From an uncultured Pseudomonadota bacterium (lineage in GTDB: Bacteria > Oederibacteriota > Muellerivitia > Muellerivitales > Muellerivitaceae): a stretch of DNA of 64,000 nt. The notes beneath the pieces were generated by a model. That model was not told where the DNA came from, did not search any database, and saw only the letters and a list, made by a program, of their open reading frames with translations. Each line of letters begins with the position of its first letter. Position 1 is the first letter of the stretch. The stretch spans positions 32,001 to 96,000 of the forward strand of contig CAWJKT010000004.1 in assembly GCA_963843375.1 (NCBI GenBank). The letters run 5' to 3'. This document shows positions 1 to 9,756 of this stretch, piece by piece. Position numbers and translations under genes: made by a program.

Positions 1-754
1 CTCCTCCCGATAATACAGCACGCTCACGGCGCCATGGCGCTTGGAAAGCTTGGCGCCATCGGCCCGAGGATCATGGCCACGTGGGCATAGACGGGCGGCG
101 TGAAACCGATCGCGCGCAGCATGTTGATCTGGCGCGGCGTGTTGTTCAGATGATCATCACCGCGGATCACGTGGGTGATGTGCATGTCGCTGTCGTCGAC
201 CACCACGCAGAAATTGTAGGTGGGCGTGCCATCGGAGCGCGCAATGATCAGGTCATCCAGCTCCGCGTTCTGGAACACCACCGGTCCGTGGACCAGATCC
301 TCCACGATGACTTCGCCATCCAGCGGGTTCTTGAAGCGGACCACGGGCTGTATCCCGCCACGGGTGCGGTGCGCTGCCGGCAGCGTCCGTCATAGCGCGG
401 CTTCTCCTTGCGCGCCAGCTGGCGCGTTGCGCATCTCCTCGAGCTCGTCCTTGCTGCAGTAGCAGTGGTAGGCCTTGCCCTGGCCAGCAGCTGCTGAGCA
501 CCTGCGGCGTAACGGTCGAAGCGGCGGGTCTGGTAGTACGGGCCCTCATCATGAGTGAGGCCCAGCCACTGCATCCCATCCAGAATGACCTGGACGGCCT
601 CCTGCGTGGAGCGCTCGCGATCGGTGTCCTCCACTCGCAGGATGAAGCGGCCGGCGTGACGCCGGGCGTACAGCCAGCTGAACAGCGCCGTGCGGACGCC
701 ACCAATGTGCAGCAGCCCCGTGGGGCTGGGCGCGAAGCGGGTAACGATAGTCAT
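1..754 (-). CDS. gltX: Glutamate--tRNA ligase, 5' part (runs off window; apparent frameshifts)
   Basis: [19 protein letters not shown] (HIGH motif), [11 protein letters not shown]; a later frame gives [21 protein letters not shown]...[15 protein letters not shown]. Confidence 0.93.
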
Positions 755-835
755 GGAGGGCGCGATGTTAGCAGCTCTGACCGTCGGCATTGCCACGCGG
801 GCGCGGGATGCTTACACTTGCGCGCTCATTTTGGC

Positions 836-910
836 GGGCGGTTAGCTCAGCGGTAGAGCACTGCTTTCACACGGCAGGGGTCACAGGTTCAAGCCCTGTA
901 CCGCCCACCA
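836..910 (+). tRNA. tRNA-Val(CAC)
   Basis: GGGCGGT/ACCGCCC acceptor stem, TAGCTCAG D arm, anticodon arm CTGCT-TTCACAC-GGCAG, GGTTCAAGCC T arm, encoded CCA. Confidence 0.97.
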
Positions 911-991
911 TCCAGAAACATGGTTAAAACAAGGGCTTAGGAAGTTTCCTAAGTTCCTGTTTCTTTCTGCATGTTCGGATTTTGGTCATTT

Positions 992-1010
992 TGGGACAGT
1001 TCTGGGACAG
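992..1010 (+). promoter_or_regulatory. Putative integrase arm-type sites (TGGGACA x2, 11-bp period)
   Basis: TGGGACAGTTCTGGGACAG between tRNA and integrase; the same motif opens the junction repeats. Confidence 0.7.
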
Positions 1011-1055
1011 CACCTGTGGCGCGTGCGTGTGCGACGCCAACACGGAGACTGTCCT

Positions 1056-2039
1056 GTGGCGACAATCGAAAAACGCGGCAAGTTCTGGCGGGCGAAAATC
1101 CGTCGCCAGGGCGCCCCTGCACAAACCCGGACTTTTGAAAACAAGACCGTGGCCCAGCAATGGGCCCGTAGCATCGAGACCGAGCTCGATAGCGGCATTG
1201 TCATCGATCGGCGCCCGGCCGAGCGCACCACCCTGGCCGAGGTCCTGGAGCGCTATCGGCGCGATGTAACGCCGACCAAGCGCGGCGCGCGGGACGAGAA
1301 CCTGCGCCTCAAGGCCATGGCGCTGCGCCCCTTCGCCCGCATCCGCATGGCCGCGCTCACGAGCTCCTACCTCGCCGCCTACCGTGATCAACGGCTCAAG
1401 GTGGTGTCCGGGGCGACCGTGAATCGCGAGTTCAACGTCCTCTCCCACGCCATCGATACGTCCCGTCGGGAATGGGATATCCATATCCCATTCAACCCCT
1501 GCACCCTGGTGCGGAGACCGCCCCAAGGACGCCCACGGAGCCGACGGCTACAGGGCGATGAGGAACAGCGGCTGCTCGCTCACTGCCGGGCTGCGCGCAA
1601 TCCCTGGCTCGTGCATTTCGTGATACTTGCGCTCGAAACGGGCATGCGGCGCGGAGAGCTGCTGTCCCTAGAATGGGTCAACGTCGACCTGAATAGGCGC
1701 ACAGCGCTGTTGCCCATCACCAAGAACGGCGACAGCCGAGGCGTACCGCTGTCCAGCCGGGCCCTGACTGTCCTGCGCTCGCTTCCGCCCTCGACCACGG
1801 GCCGCGTCTTCGGGGATCTCACCGCTGATGCTGTCAAGCTCTCGTTTCGGCGGGCGACGGTTCGGGCCAGTATCACGGGCCTGCGATTCCATGATCTGCG
1901 CCACGAGGCGACCAGTCGCCTTTTCGAGAAGGGCTTGAACGTCATGGAGGTCGCCTCCGTGACGGGGCATAAGACCCTGCAGATGCTCAAGCGCTATACC
2001 CACCTGAATGCGGTGGATCTTGCCCCCCGGCTCGGTTGA
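1056..2039 (+). CDS. Tyrosine recombinase/integrase, Rci/Hp1-like
   Basis: TGMRRGELL, TKNG, FHDLRHE, TGHK, RYTH catalytic motifs; N-terminal MATIEKRGKFWRAKIRR; GTG start after GGAG. Confidence 0.95.
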   Translation: MATIEKRGKFWRAKIRRQGAPAQTRTFENKTVAQQWARSIETELDSGIVIDRRPAERTTLAEVLERYRRDVTPTKRGARDENLRLKAMALRPFARIRMAALTSSYLAAYRDQRLKVVSGATVNREFNVLSHAIDTSRREWDIHIPFNPCTLVRRPPQGRPRSRRLQGDEEQRLLAHCRAARNPWLVHFVILALETGMRRGELLSLEWVNVDLNRRTALLPITKNGDSRGVPLSSRALTVLRSLPPSTTGRVFGDLTADAVKLSFRRATVRASITGLRFHDLRHEATSRLFEKGLNVMEVASVTGHKTLQMLKRYTHLNAVDLAPRLG

Positions 2040-2073
2040 GCCGGTGACAATAACCCAAGCGTTAGGTTACACT

Positions 2074-2322
2074 ATGCCGACGATTCTGCGATTTCGGGGT
2101 TTGCGGGTGATGATTTACACCCATGATCATTGGCCACCCCATGTGCACGTCATTGCGCCCGAAGCACAGGCCAAGATTGCACTGGGTGAAGCACGACAAC
2201 GTCCTCATGTGCTAGTCAATGATGGACTAACACCGCGACAACTGAACTGGGCCCTGACTGAGATTGATCGCAATCGCGAATTGCTGCTGACGCGCTGGAG
2301 AGAAATTTATGGCGACGCCTGA
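2074..2322 (+). CDS. DUF4160-family protein (putative TA toxin)
   Basis: MIYTHDHWPPHVHV motif; overlaps the DUF2442 gene. Confidence 0.85.
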   Translation: MPTILRFRGLRVMIYTHDHWPPHVHVIAPEAQAKIALGEARQRPHVLVNDGLTPRQLNWALTEIDRNRELLLTRWREIYGDA

Positions 2323-2755
2323 GTGGATCAAGAAGGAGCTGCGCGCAAACTTCGCCAAGGCATCCCGTGCCGGGCGACTGGCTGCGAAGACGGAACCACG
2401 TGCAGCGACCGCGGCGTATCGCGGCCGAGAGCAAGCCCTGCACGTAGAGCTCACGAACGGCGCCAAATTCATCATCCCGGTGAAGCTCATTCCGGAGCTG
2501 CAGAAAGCATCGGTCCGAGATATTTGCAAGGTGGAAGTACTTGGCCGGGGTGGTGGGCTCCATTGGGAGACACTGGATGTGGACATCAGTGTTCCGGGGC
2601 TCATAGCCTCCGTCTTCGAAGGACCGACGTGGCTTGCTGAACTCGGGCGCGTCGGCGGTCAACGGTCCTCAGCCGCAAAAGCGGCAGCGGCACGGAAGAA
2701 CGGACGCAAGGGTGGCCGCCCGCGCCTACGAGATTCTGCGGATTCCAGGGCATAG
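2309..2755 (+). CDS. DUF2442-family protein (putative antitoxin)
   Basis: GLHWETLDVDISVPGL, C-terminal AARKNGRKGGRPR. Confidence 0.85.
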   Translation: MATPEWIKKELRANFAKASRAGRLAAKTEPRAATAAYRGREQALHVELTNGAKFIIPVKLIPELQKASVRDICKVEVLGRGGGLHWETLDVDISVPGLIASVFEGPTWLAELGRVGGQRSSAAKAAAARKNGRKGGRPRLRDSADSRA

Positions 2756-3074
2756 ACCCGACGAACCTGTGACCACCTCCAGCTACTTGTCGCAACCCCA
2801 CGCGATGGTGTCGCGATCACGGACGGTCGCCGGCATCATTCTCTGGTGTATGTGGCAGACGATCCGAATCCCCGCCTATCTCTTTCTGTCCATCCTTGCG
2901 CCCGTGGTTCGTGTCGTGCTGAGCGCGGTTGCGCTGCTCGGCATTCTGACAACGCTACTGTGGGAGTGCGTTCATCCGCAGCACTTCCCGTTCGCCTTAA
3001 TGCTAGGGATGTCCTTAGGCTTCGGGTTGCTGCTGTACGTCTACGAGTGGCTGCTGAGTTCTCTCAGCCGATAG
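2634..3074 (+). CDS. Small membrane protein (true start probably near 2805)
   Basis: Hydrophobic segments in the C-terminal 90 aa. Confidence 0.5.
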   Translation: MLNSGASAVNGPQPQKRQRHGRTDARVAARAYEILRIPGHRPDEPVTTSSYLSQPHAMVSRSRTVAGIILWCMWQTIRIPAYLFLSILAPVVRVVLSAVALLGILTTLLWECVHPQHFPFALMLGMSLGFGLLLYVYEWLLSSLSR

Positions 3075-3093
3075 GCCCGAGAAGGCCGGCCCA

Positions 3094-4119
3094 TCAGCGA
3101 GTTCGCTCCGGCACTCGAACCGGATCTGGCTTCTTTGGAGCAATTCGGTCTTTGAACGACTGGACGATCTGGTAGGCCAGCTGTTCCTTGTCCGTCATGA
3201 CGGGGGGCATCTCCTGCACAAATTTTCGCACATCGGCCACCAGCTTCGTTTCGCCCTGGCGATCGAGAGTCTTTGCAACTGCGAGCCACCCTGCGACCAC
3301 CGCCTTGCGGGTTTCGACAAGCTTCGCGCGCCCGGGCTCGTTAAACACCGACCCATTGGCGATCCGCTGGGCGACCTCGTCTACCTTCTGGCGCATGGCC
3401 CAGGAGGCTCCGCGCCGCTGTGCCCTCAGCATAGGGTCAAGTGTCTTTCTGCGGTTGGCACCGCGCACCGCTCGCGGAGTCGCGTTGGCGGGAACGCCCT
3501 GCTCCCGCATGCACTGTGCGAAATCCTCTCGCCACAGGCGCAGGGTGCGCTTGTCGATGCGGAGCCGACGACCGTGCAGGCCCTCGGACTTAACGACGAG
3601 GTGGGTATGGGGATGGGGTTGGTCCGTATGCAGCACCATGGCATAGCGGTGTTCTAAGCCGAACCGCTCACGCGCGAACTTCCTCGCCGCCGCCAGGACC
3701 TTCTCGGGTGGCGTCGGTGTCGGCATGGACAGCACAATGTGATGCACCAATTTCACCGATCTGGGCGGTGGCTTGCCTGATCGCGCACGGCGGTACTGAC
3801 CTGATGATAAATCCAGGTGCCAATCGTCTATCAGGCTCTCAAGGCTCTCCCTCCCCTTCAGGGACTCGCCGCCGTCTGTTTCCACCGGCTGCACACCGTT
3901 GCGGCTGATGTATTTTAGGTGCGCGCTGACCGCCCCGAGGTTCGTCGCTCCGCCAGTCACTTTCACCATGACCTCCGGTACCCTGCTGACGGTCCGGGCG
4001 ACCTGGGAGACATGGCTGGGCGCCAGGTGGTCTCTGGATTGGGGGCGGGGCCGTGCCGCACTGAAGATGTCGAGCCAGGGTTCGGCGTCAGGCCGAATCT
4101 GGACGAGTCGCTTACCCAT
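3094..4119 (-). CDS. MOBP/VirD2-like relaxase
   Basis: EVMVKVTGG, HLKYISRNG (motif I Tyr), HHIVLS, LHTDQPHPHTH (3H motif). Confidence 0.9.
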   Translation of the reverse strand: MGKRLVQIRPDAEPWLDIFSAARPRPQSRDHLAPSHVSQVARTVSRVPEVMVKVTGGATNLGAVSAHLKYISRNGVQPVETDGGESLKGRESLESLIDDWHLDLSSGQYRRARSGKPPPRSVKLVHHIVLSMPTPTPPEKVLAAARKFARERFGLEHRYAMVLHTDQPHPHTHLVVKSEGLHGRRLRIDKRTLRLWREDFAQCMREQGVPANATPRAVRGANRRKTLDPMLRAQRRGASWAMRQKVDEVAQRIANGSVFNEPGRAKLVETRKAVVAGWLAVAKTLDRQGETKLVADVRKFVQEMPPVMTDKEQLAYQIVQSFKDRIAPKKPDPVRVPERTR

Positions 4120-4666
4120 AGTTGGTCTCCCAGGTAATGAGCGCGGCGCGAGTGAAGTCGCGCGTGGCCTGCTCAAGGCCCTTGATGGCGGCTCCCATAC
4201 TGCTAAGCTCATGCTGTAGTTCGGTCGGCAACTGACCCGTCGCCAGCGTGTTTCGAGCGAGTTGGTGCGTCACACGAACTGAAACAGCCAGCACCGCAAC
4301 GGACCCTTTGAGGGCCTGGAGCTCCTGCTTCATCAAGGGCGGCCCCCCGGCCACATGGGCCCTGACGAGCCCGGCGATATAGTTGGACGCGGCCGTTCCC
4401 CGATTCGAGGCGCGCCAGCCAATGGCCTGCCGGTCTCCCGGTCGCAACCGGATGGTGATTCGGTCGGTGGCCGGTTCAGTGACCACCTTGGCGAGCAACG
4501 GTGGCCCGTACCGCGCCAGTTCGAGATAGGTGCGGATGGCGAGTATGGCGAGCTGGGATTCGGACAAGCCGCGCGCCTTCGCCAATTCCCCGAAGCGTTT
4601 CTTTTCATCCGGCGTCGGTCGCGCCGTGATTGAAATGAAGCGCCGTTTGCGCAGCTGGGGAGTCAT
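4112..4666 (-). CDS. MobC-like relaxosome accessory protein (RHH)
   Basis: Overlaps the relaxase start; two RHH-like segments (ITARPTPDEK, ITIRLRPGDR). Confidence 0.65.
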   Translation of the reverse strand: MTPQLRKRRFISITARPTPDEKKRFGELAKARGLSESQLAILAIRTYLELARYGPPLLAKVVTEPATDRITIRLRPGDRQAIGWRASNRGTAASNYIAGLVRAHVAGGPPLMKQELQALKGSVAVLAVSVRVTHQLARNTLATGQLPTELQHELSSMGAAIKGLEQATRDFTRAALITWETNYG

Positions 4667-4707
4667 GGCGCGCCCCGCCCGTGTGCCGCACAACGCGGAC
4701 ACCTCGC

Positions 4708-4715
4708 TATCCTGC
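4708..4715 (+). other. Putative oriT nic site
   Basis: TATCCTGC matches the MOBP YATCCTG^Y consensus, just upstream of mobC-relaxase. Confidence 0.6.
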
Positions 4716-4800
4716 CATCCAAATCAATCGACGCCCCTGTGTGACATGCCCAAAGGGGTTGCGCAGCAAGCAAACTCCGTCGCGTCCGCATATGTGAGTC

Positions 4801-5064
4801 TCAGGTTTGGACAGCAGTGGACAGCCGTGGACGGTCTGTCACACCAAATTTGCGTTGGGCTGAATCGCGAGCTATTGATGTAGGCGCATTCAGCACTTCG
4901 CGCGACTTCAGCCATGCGTCGATCTGCTCCTGGGAGAACAGTCGGCGCCTGCCAACTCGAATGCTGGGAGGCAGATCCGCTCCGCGGGCAAGATTGTTGC
5001 GGATGGTTCCGGGGGTCAGGCGAAGTGCTTGGGCAAGCTCATTGATCGTGATGAGGCGAGTCAT
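4801..5064 (-). CDS. AlpA/Xis-like HTH protein (candidate recombination directionality factor)
   Basis: LITINELAQALRLTPGTIRN...PPSIRVGRRRLFSQEQIDAWL. Confidence 0.8.
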   Translation of the reverse strand: MTRLITINELAQALRLTPGTIRNNLARGADLPPSIRVGRRRLFSQEQIDAWLKSREVLNAPTSIARDSAQRKFGVTDRPRLSTAVQT

Positions 5065-5093
5065 ATGCGGCGGTCCTATGAAGGGGCGAGGAC

Positions 5094-6305
5094 TTGCAAG
5101 ACTGCCGCACAGATTCCGGCCTGCGAATTCAGAAAGAGGCAACTAGGGCGAGGACTTTCTGTATGCGACCTCTTGTACTGGATCGAGTTGAAAAAGGACG
5201 GAACTGGCCGGGGATGCGAACCGGCCGGCCCTCCCAGGATTCTGCGCCTCGTCCGCGCGGCCCAAAGGCCAGGCCGACTTTACAACTTTGGGAACATGCA
5301 ACCTGGCGGGCACGCATGCGGGCGTGGTGCAACCAACTGAAGTCAGTGCTACTCGGGACAGACCATGACCCGGGACTCTCACAGGCCTACCGGGTTGTGC
5401 AGTCGGTCGATTGCCCAATCGATAGCCCCGCCACGTGGCTTAGTTGGTGGGACGGAGAGGCGGTACCTCGCCCGACTCACATAGCGGCGGCGAATTTGAT
5501 TTCACCGGGGTCCGTGGAACTTCTCGACCTAACGGAAATGCGCACCCCCGTCTCCAGACACTTTCTCGCGCTCGACATCGTCAACACCCTTTTCCGGCGG
5601 ATCGGACGCCCCAGCGACTATCGCCGAGAGCAGGCCAATCGACTCCTGCACGGATTGAACGATGCATGGGTGTCCTTCTTGGACACCTCACCACCCGGGA
5701 AGACGAATCGCTACAACGTCGAGAATCAGATTGGCAAGTCCACGTTGACACTGCTTGGGACCGTCGAGTTGACGCTAGATCAATTCATCGCGCTGGAGCG
5801 CCTGGGAAACAATCCAGGGCGGTGGGCGATGCCGAGTGAGGCGTTGCTTGAGTACAACTGGCTCGAACCGCTCAGCATCTTTCGATTCCTAGTGCGACTT
5901 GCGGGCTCCAATAAACTATCGCATCCAAAGCTTCTAGAAATGTGGGCCCACGATCTCGCAACAGCGACGATTCTCGTTCGCACGCTCGCCGAGGTAGCAG
6001 ATCGGAGACTTCCTCAGTTCCCGCTCCTCCGAATGGGCGTCGCTGGAGCAATGCACATTTTGGCTTCCATGACATTCTCAACACCGCCAAATATGATCGC
6101 CAGCGAGGATGCCTGCGGAATTGCCATCAATCTCTTTGCCGGCGACGCCCAGTTGGCATTGGCCAATCTGCATGCGGCTCGCGCTTGTTACTACGGCGCG
6201 TTTGCCGACCTCGGGATTTCCGAGCGAGCGCTTCAATCACTCAATGGCACGCATTGGGAGAAGACTTGGGACGGCGCATTCGCAGCTGCACGAGCGAGAA
6301 TCTAG
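5094..6305 (+). CDS. Hypothetical protein
   Basis: 403-aa ORF divergent from the AlpA-like gene; start uncertain. Confidence 0.6.
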   Translation: MQDCRTDSGLRIQKEATRARTFCMRPLVLDRVEKGRNWPGMRTGRPSQDSAPRPRGPKARPTLQLWEHATWRARMRAWCNQLKSVLLGTDHDPGLSQAYRVVQSVDCPIDSPATWLSWWDGEAVPRPTHIAAANLISPGSVELLDLTEMRTPVSRHFLALDIVNTLFRRIGRPSDYRREQANRLLHGLNDAWVSFLDTSPPGKTNRYNVENQIGKSTLTLLGTVELTLDQFIALERLGNNPGRWAMPSEALLEYNWLEPLSIFRFLVRLAGSNKLSHPKLLEMWAHDLATATILVRTLAEVADRRLPQFPLLRMGVAGAMHILASMTFSTPPNMIASEDACGIAINLFAGDAQLALANLHAARACYYGAFADLGISERALQSLNGTHWEKTWDGAFAAARARI

Positions 6306-6640
6306 CGCAACGCGAATCGCCTACGGCGCGGTGGCTAAGTCCAGCAGGAGGGACTCTGTCAGGAGACCATGGAAGTGAATTTCGAATGGCAATGCGGGGA
6401 TGAAGGCCATGTCTATACTTAAAGCAATACTCACTCGGACCCAAACATCGTGTAATTTCGGCGTCGGGGCCTACTGGAATTATACCGGTGTTCTGAGGAT
6501 AGGAAAGTCCTGGGGAAACGAAGTGCATCGCTGCGTATTTCGACTTTCCAGGAAGGTCATATTGATAAGTCCGTCCACCCAGGTATTTCTGACGAACGGT
6601 AACGTGTAGTTGATCGCCAATACATGTTGAGGATCTGCCA

Positions 6641-7417
6641 ATGGATGCCGTTGCTCGGTCTGTGCCCGTGGGAATTCACGCGGATGCTTCCCTTCGAGAG
6701 AAGCTGTTCAGCTTCTTCTTGGAGACGCAGACGGGTCCGGAGCTCGGAGATTGGCTGAAAGACATCGGCCAAGACTCTCGCGGATCAGTGTCGGAACGGC
6801 AGACTCGGATTAGGGCGCACAGCAAATATCCGACGATGCTGCCCGCCGAGTTTCCCGCACAAACGGAAGCATATCTCCAGCACTATACGGCAGGCGATCT
6901 GGCCGACCTTTGCGATGACATCGGCGTGTTGAATGAGGGCAATAAGGATACGTTGTATCGCCGTGTCATGCGGGAGGTGCACTACCGGGAAGGGTGGTTG
7001 CCTCGGGTCGAACCGGGATCAGTAACCCCACGTGCTGACGTGGTAATGCAGTTCTTGGCGTGGTTTCCAATAACGAAAAGCGGTAAGTACGAGAAGGACT
7101 ATTACGCGGTTATTCACGATGAGTTAAATGAGGTATTCAGTGGCGTTGTCTACGAGCAGCAGCCCATAGCTCACGGAACGACGCTGAAAATCGATTTCCA
7201 TGTGGGGAGTCCGCAAGGCCTTGGAGTTGGCATCGAAGTAAAAATGCCGACCAGTAATTCTGAGATTCAGAAGGCGCTGGGGCAGGTAGATCAGTACCAA
7301 CGCTGCTACGGCGACGAGTTGATTCTGTTTGTCCTGATAGATTTCCTGAAAAAGGCCGAGATCCATTTCTTTCGGGAAGAATTGGTACGTAAGCGCATAC
7401 GAGCAGTTTTCCGATAG
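6641..7417 (+). CDS. Hypothetical protein with C-terminal PD-(D/E)xK nuclease-like motif
   Basis: KIDFHV...GIEVK...ALGQVDQY. Confidence 0.6.
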   Translation: MDAVARSVPVGIHADASLREKLFSFFLETQTGPELGDWLKDIGQDSRGSVSERQTRIRAHSKYPTMLPAEFPAQTEAYLQHYTAGDLADLCDDIGVLNEGNKDTLYRRVMREVHYREGWLPRVEPGSVTPRADVVMQFLAWFPITKSGKYEKDYYAVIHDELNEVFSGVVYEQQPIAHGTTLKIDFHVGSPQGLGVGIEVKMPTSNSEIQKALGQVDQYQRCYGDELILFVLIDFLKKAEIHFFREELVRKRIRAVFR

Positions 7418-7567
7418 TTGCCGGTCTACACAGCCTTGATCTTCGCTGTGCTCCGCGCGATGTTCCACTGGTTCAAGATCGCGACGGCCGTAGGTGATTC
7501 ATCGGAGGGCTCAAGTTGCCCATAGCGTAGGGTAAGCACATATGAACCGACTGAAGCAGAACGCAAA

Positions 7568-8431
7568 TCATCGTGTCACCCAAGGCAACTGTTCGTAGTA
7601 CTGCAGGACCGCGGAGTAGGCGCTCGTGAAGTCAGGCAATTGGCTTGCGATTTCGTCTTGCAGCAAATCGTAGTCCTTCTCCGACCGGCGTCGGACTTCA
7701 GGGTCTGAAATGGACTGCTGAGTGGCACTGAGACCGCGGGCCACGCATTTCGCGCGAATCGCTTGGAGCACGCTTTGCTGGAACTCGGGGCCTTGTACTT
7801 CAGGTCGAGAGAGCAGTCGATACAGATCATAGACGTTTTGCCTACGGTCACGGTGTCGCACTGGTTGCTGAAGCATGGCTCGGTATTTCTCGGCCATTAG
7901 ATCAGTTAGGGCGGATGCCTGAACGCTGCCTCCTCCAGGTACCGGGACCAACTCAATGGCAGTTATGACTTCGTTGTAGCTCAGATCCAGCGCGACGGTG
8001 CTTGAGGAACGACCTCGCAATAGAGATCGATGACGTGGACCGTCAGCCTTTGGGGCGTAGCCGATTCGGATCTTGAGGGTCTGCCAGTTTCGACCTTCTC
8101 CCGGAGGACGAAGTTCCTGGCTTTGGATTCGGCAATCCAATCCATAGTCCAGTTCTTCTACAAGTTGCTGGAGGGCTATTCGCAATTCTTCGATTACGCC
8201 ATCGACGGCGACTTCGCGCGTGCTTTCCTTCACGGAGAAGTCGATATCGCGAGTGAAGCGGTCACCATTGTATTCAAGGGCCAAGAGAATACCGCCCTTT
8301 AACACAACCAACTTGGGGAGGCGCGGTGCTTTTGAGACTGCAGCTATGACGGTATGCACGGCCATTCGCAGTTCCCGCGTGGCTACATCCGGCGTGTTGC
8401 TGACCCATGCCTCGAGGACTTTCGCCTCCAC
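7568..8431 (-). CDS. AbiEii/AbiGii-family nucleotidyltransferase toxin (type IV TA)
   Basis: LKGG, RFTRDIDFS, AEKYRA, YDLYRL. Confidence 0.85.
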   Translation of the reverse strand: MEAKVLEAWVSNTPDVATRELRMAVHTVIAAVSKAPRLPKLVVLKGGILLALEYNGDRFTRDIDFSVKESTREVAVDGVIEELRIALQQLVEELDYGLDCRIQSQELRPPGEGRNWQTLKIRIGYAPKADGPRHRSLLRGRSSSTVALDLSYNEVITAIELVPVPGGGSVQASALTDLMAEKYRAMLQQPVRHRDRRQNVYDLYRLLSRPEVQGPEFQQSVLQAIRAKCVARGLSATQQSISDPEVRRRSEKDYDLLQDEIASQLPDFTSAYSAVLQYYEQLPWVTR

Positions 8432-8437
8432 CTGACG

Positions 8438-9349
8438 CTAATCCGAATTCAGCGAAAGGCACCACTTCTCAGAGTATGTGGAGCTGTAAGGTTGATTGGG
8501 CACCAGCTTGCGCGAGCCACCGCGCTTTGCGTGCCGCCGCCATTCCGCGAAGGATGGGGAACTGAGACCGCATCGCTCTTCAAGCACGTACCCCGCCCGC
8601 ACTTTGTCAATGTCCGTGCCGTGCTGATCGACTTCGGCGATTATCAACGATAAGTACTCACGGGCATGTGCTTCATATGTATCAATCACATGCTGGATTC
8701 CCCCGCACAGGTCTGCGTCTCTTAGCATATCCAAGAAGGTTCGCCCGAGCGTGGAAACACGGATTCCATGGGGCTCCAATTTCTTGAATGCCCCGTGGTG
8801 ACTACTCCGCGCGAAATGCACCGGCTGCCCCAAGATCTTTTCGAATTTCGAACGCCTCAGTGTCGGGAATCCGGCCTCCACGTACGCTTGGGTATCCGCC
8901 CCAAGATCCTTCTCCATCTGCTCCATTGCAAATCCGCGCCACTGCCGAGGTGCGGGTGATGACGCGAATATCGTATGCGGTATGCGATCAGTCAAACCAT
9001 GAATCGCCATAGCGCTGAGATGCGATAGGTAAGCAAATGGGTCCGCAACACACAGTAGGTCGTGCGCTTCGGGGTCGGTCGTGCCAAGGAGAGTATAGAG
9101 AGATCCGGCCGGAAACCCGCGGACCGGACGAATGACGCCGTGGGCGTCGAGGAAGTTCAGTACCTCGACGAAATGCCGTCGCTCTGGTTCTGGCTTACGA
9201 ACCTCAAGGCGCCTGCCATTAATTCCGCCGGCTCGGTAGACGCCGAAAATCTTCTTACCCAATTCGTACGCGGTAATGGCGCGAGCCTTGAGATCGGAGA
9301 GGGCGAGCGAAGCCGCTTGGGGGAGAGAAATGGTGGATCTGGATGTCAT
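8438..9349 (-). CDS. AbiEi-family antitoxin
   Basis: AYLSHLSAMAIHGLTDRIP, STLGRTFLDML; upstream of abiEii. Confidence 0.8.
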   Translation of the reverse strand: MTSRSTISLPQAASLALSDLKARAITAYELGKKIFGVYRAGGINGRRLEVRKPEPERRHFVEVLNFLDAHGVIRPVRGFPAGSLYTLLGTTDPEAHDLLCVADPFAYLSHLSAMAIHGLTDRIPHTIFASSPAPRQWRGFAMEQMEKDLGADTQAYVEAGFPTLRRSKFEKILGQPVHFARSSHHGAFKKLEPHGIRVSTLGRTFLDMLRDADLCGGIQHVIDTYEAHAREYLSLIIAEVDQHGTDIDKVRAGYVLEERCGLSSPSFAEWRRHAKRGGSRKLVPNQPYSSTYSEKWCLSLNSD

Positions 9350-9383
9350 CTGCTATATGTCCTGAGGACATATAGCAGATGAC
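9345..9383. repeat. Perfect palindrome (19-bp arms) over the abiEi start
   Basis: GTCATCTGCTATATGTCCT-G-AGGACATATAGCAGATGAC. Confidence 0.9.
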
Positions 9384-9435
9384 TTCAAACTCTGTCAAGC
9401 TCCTAGTCGGAATCAGGTCATTGACTTGGGGTTCC

Positions 9436-9480
9436 CGCACCCCTTACAATGCGTCCTAAGGACGCATTGTAAGGGGTGCG
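9436..9480. repeat. Perfect palindrome (22-bp arms) upstream of abiEi
   Basis: CGCACCCCTTACAATGCGTCCT-A-AGGACGCATTGTAAGGGGTGCG. Confidence 0.9.
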
Positions 9481-9756
9481 TAGACCCGAGCTTGAACTCC
9501 TCTCGAGTACTCATAAGCCTTGCGCAAATCATCCTTGTAGGCAACTTCGAAGCTCTAAACCCGCTTCCGCACAGCCGCGTTCGCGGGTTCACATCGCACA
9601 AATTATCAATTAATTCATGGTATTAGATTACAATACTGCTACGCTTTAGCTCCCGTAACAACTGCGCTACAGATTCTTTTTCTGTGATGAAACCTAACCC
9701 AAAAACTCTGTACGGACGCTGGTACGGGTTCCGACGAGATTCTTTTCAAGCCCTGG

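Noticed and set aside
1056..2039. Classical integron integrase (IntI) or shufflon
   Set aside because: No IntI-specific insertion or attC sites recognised; all repeats are direct, not inverted like shufflon sfx sites.
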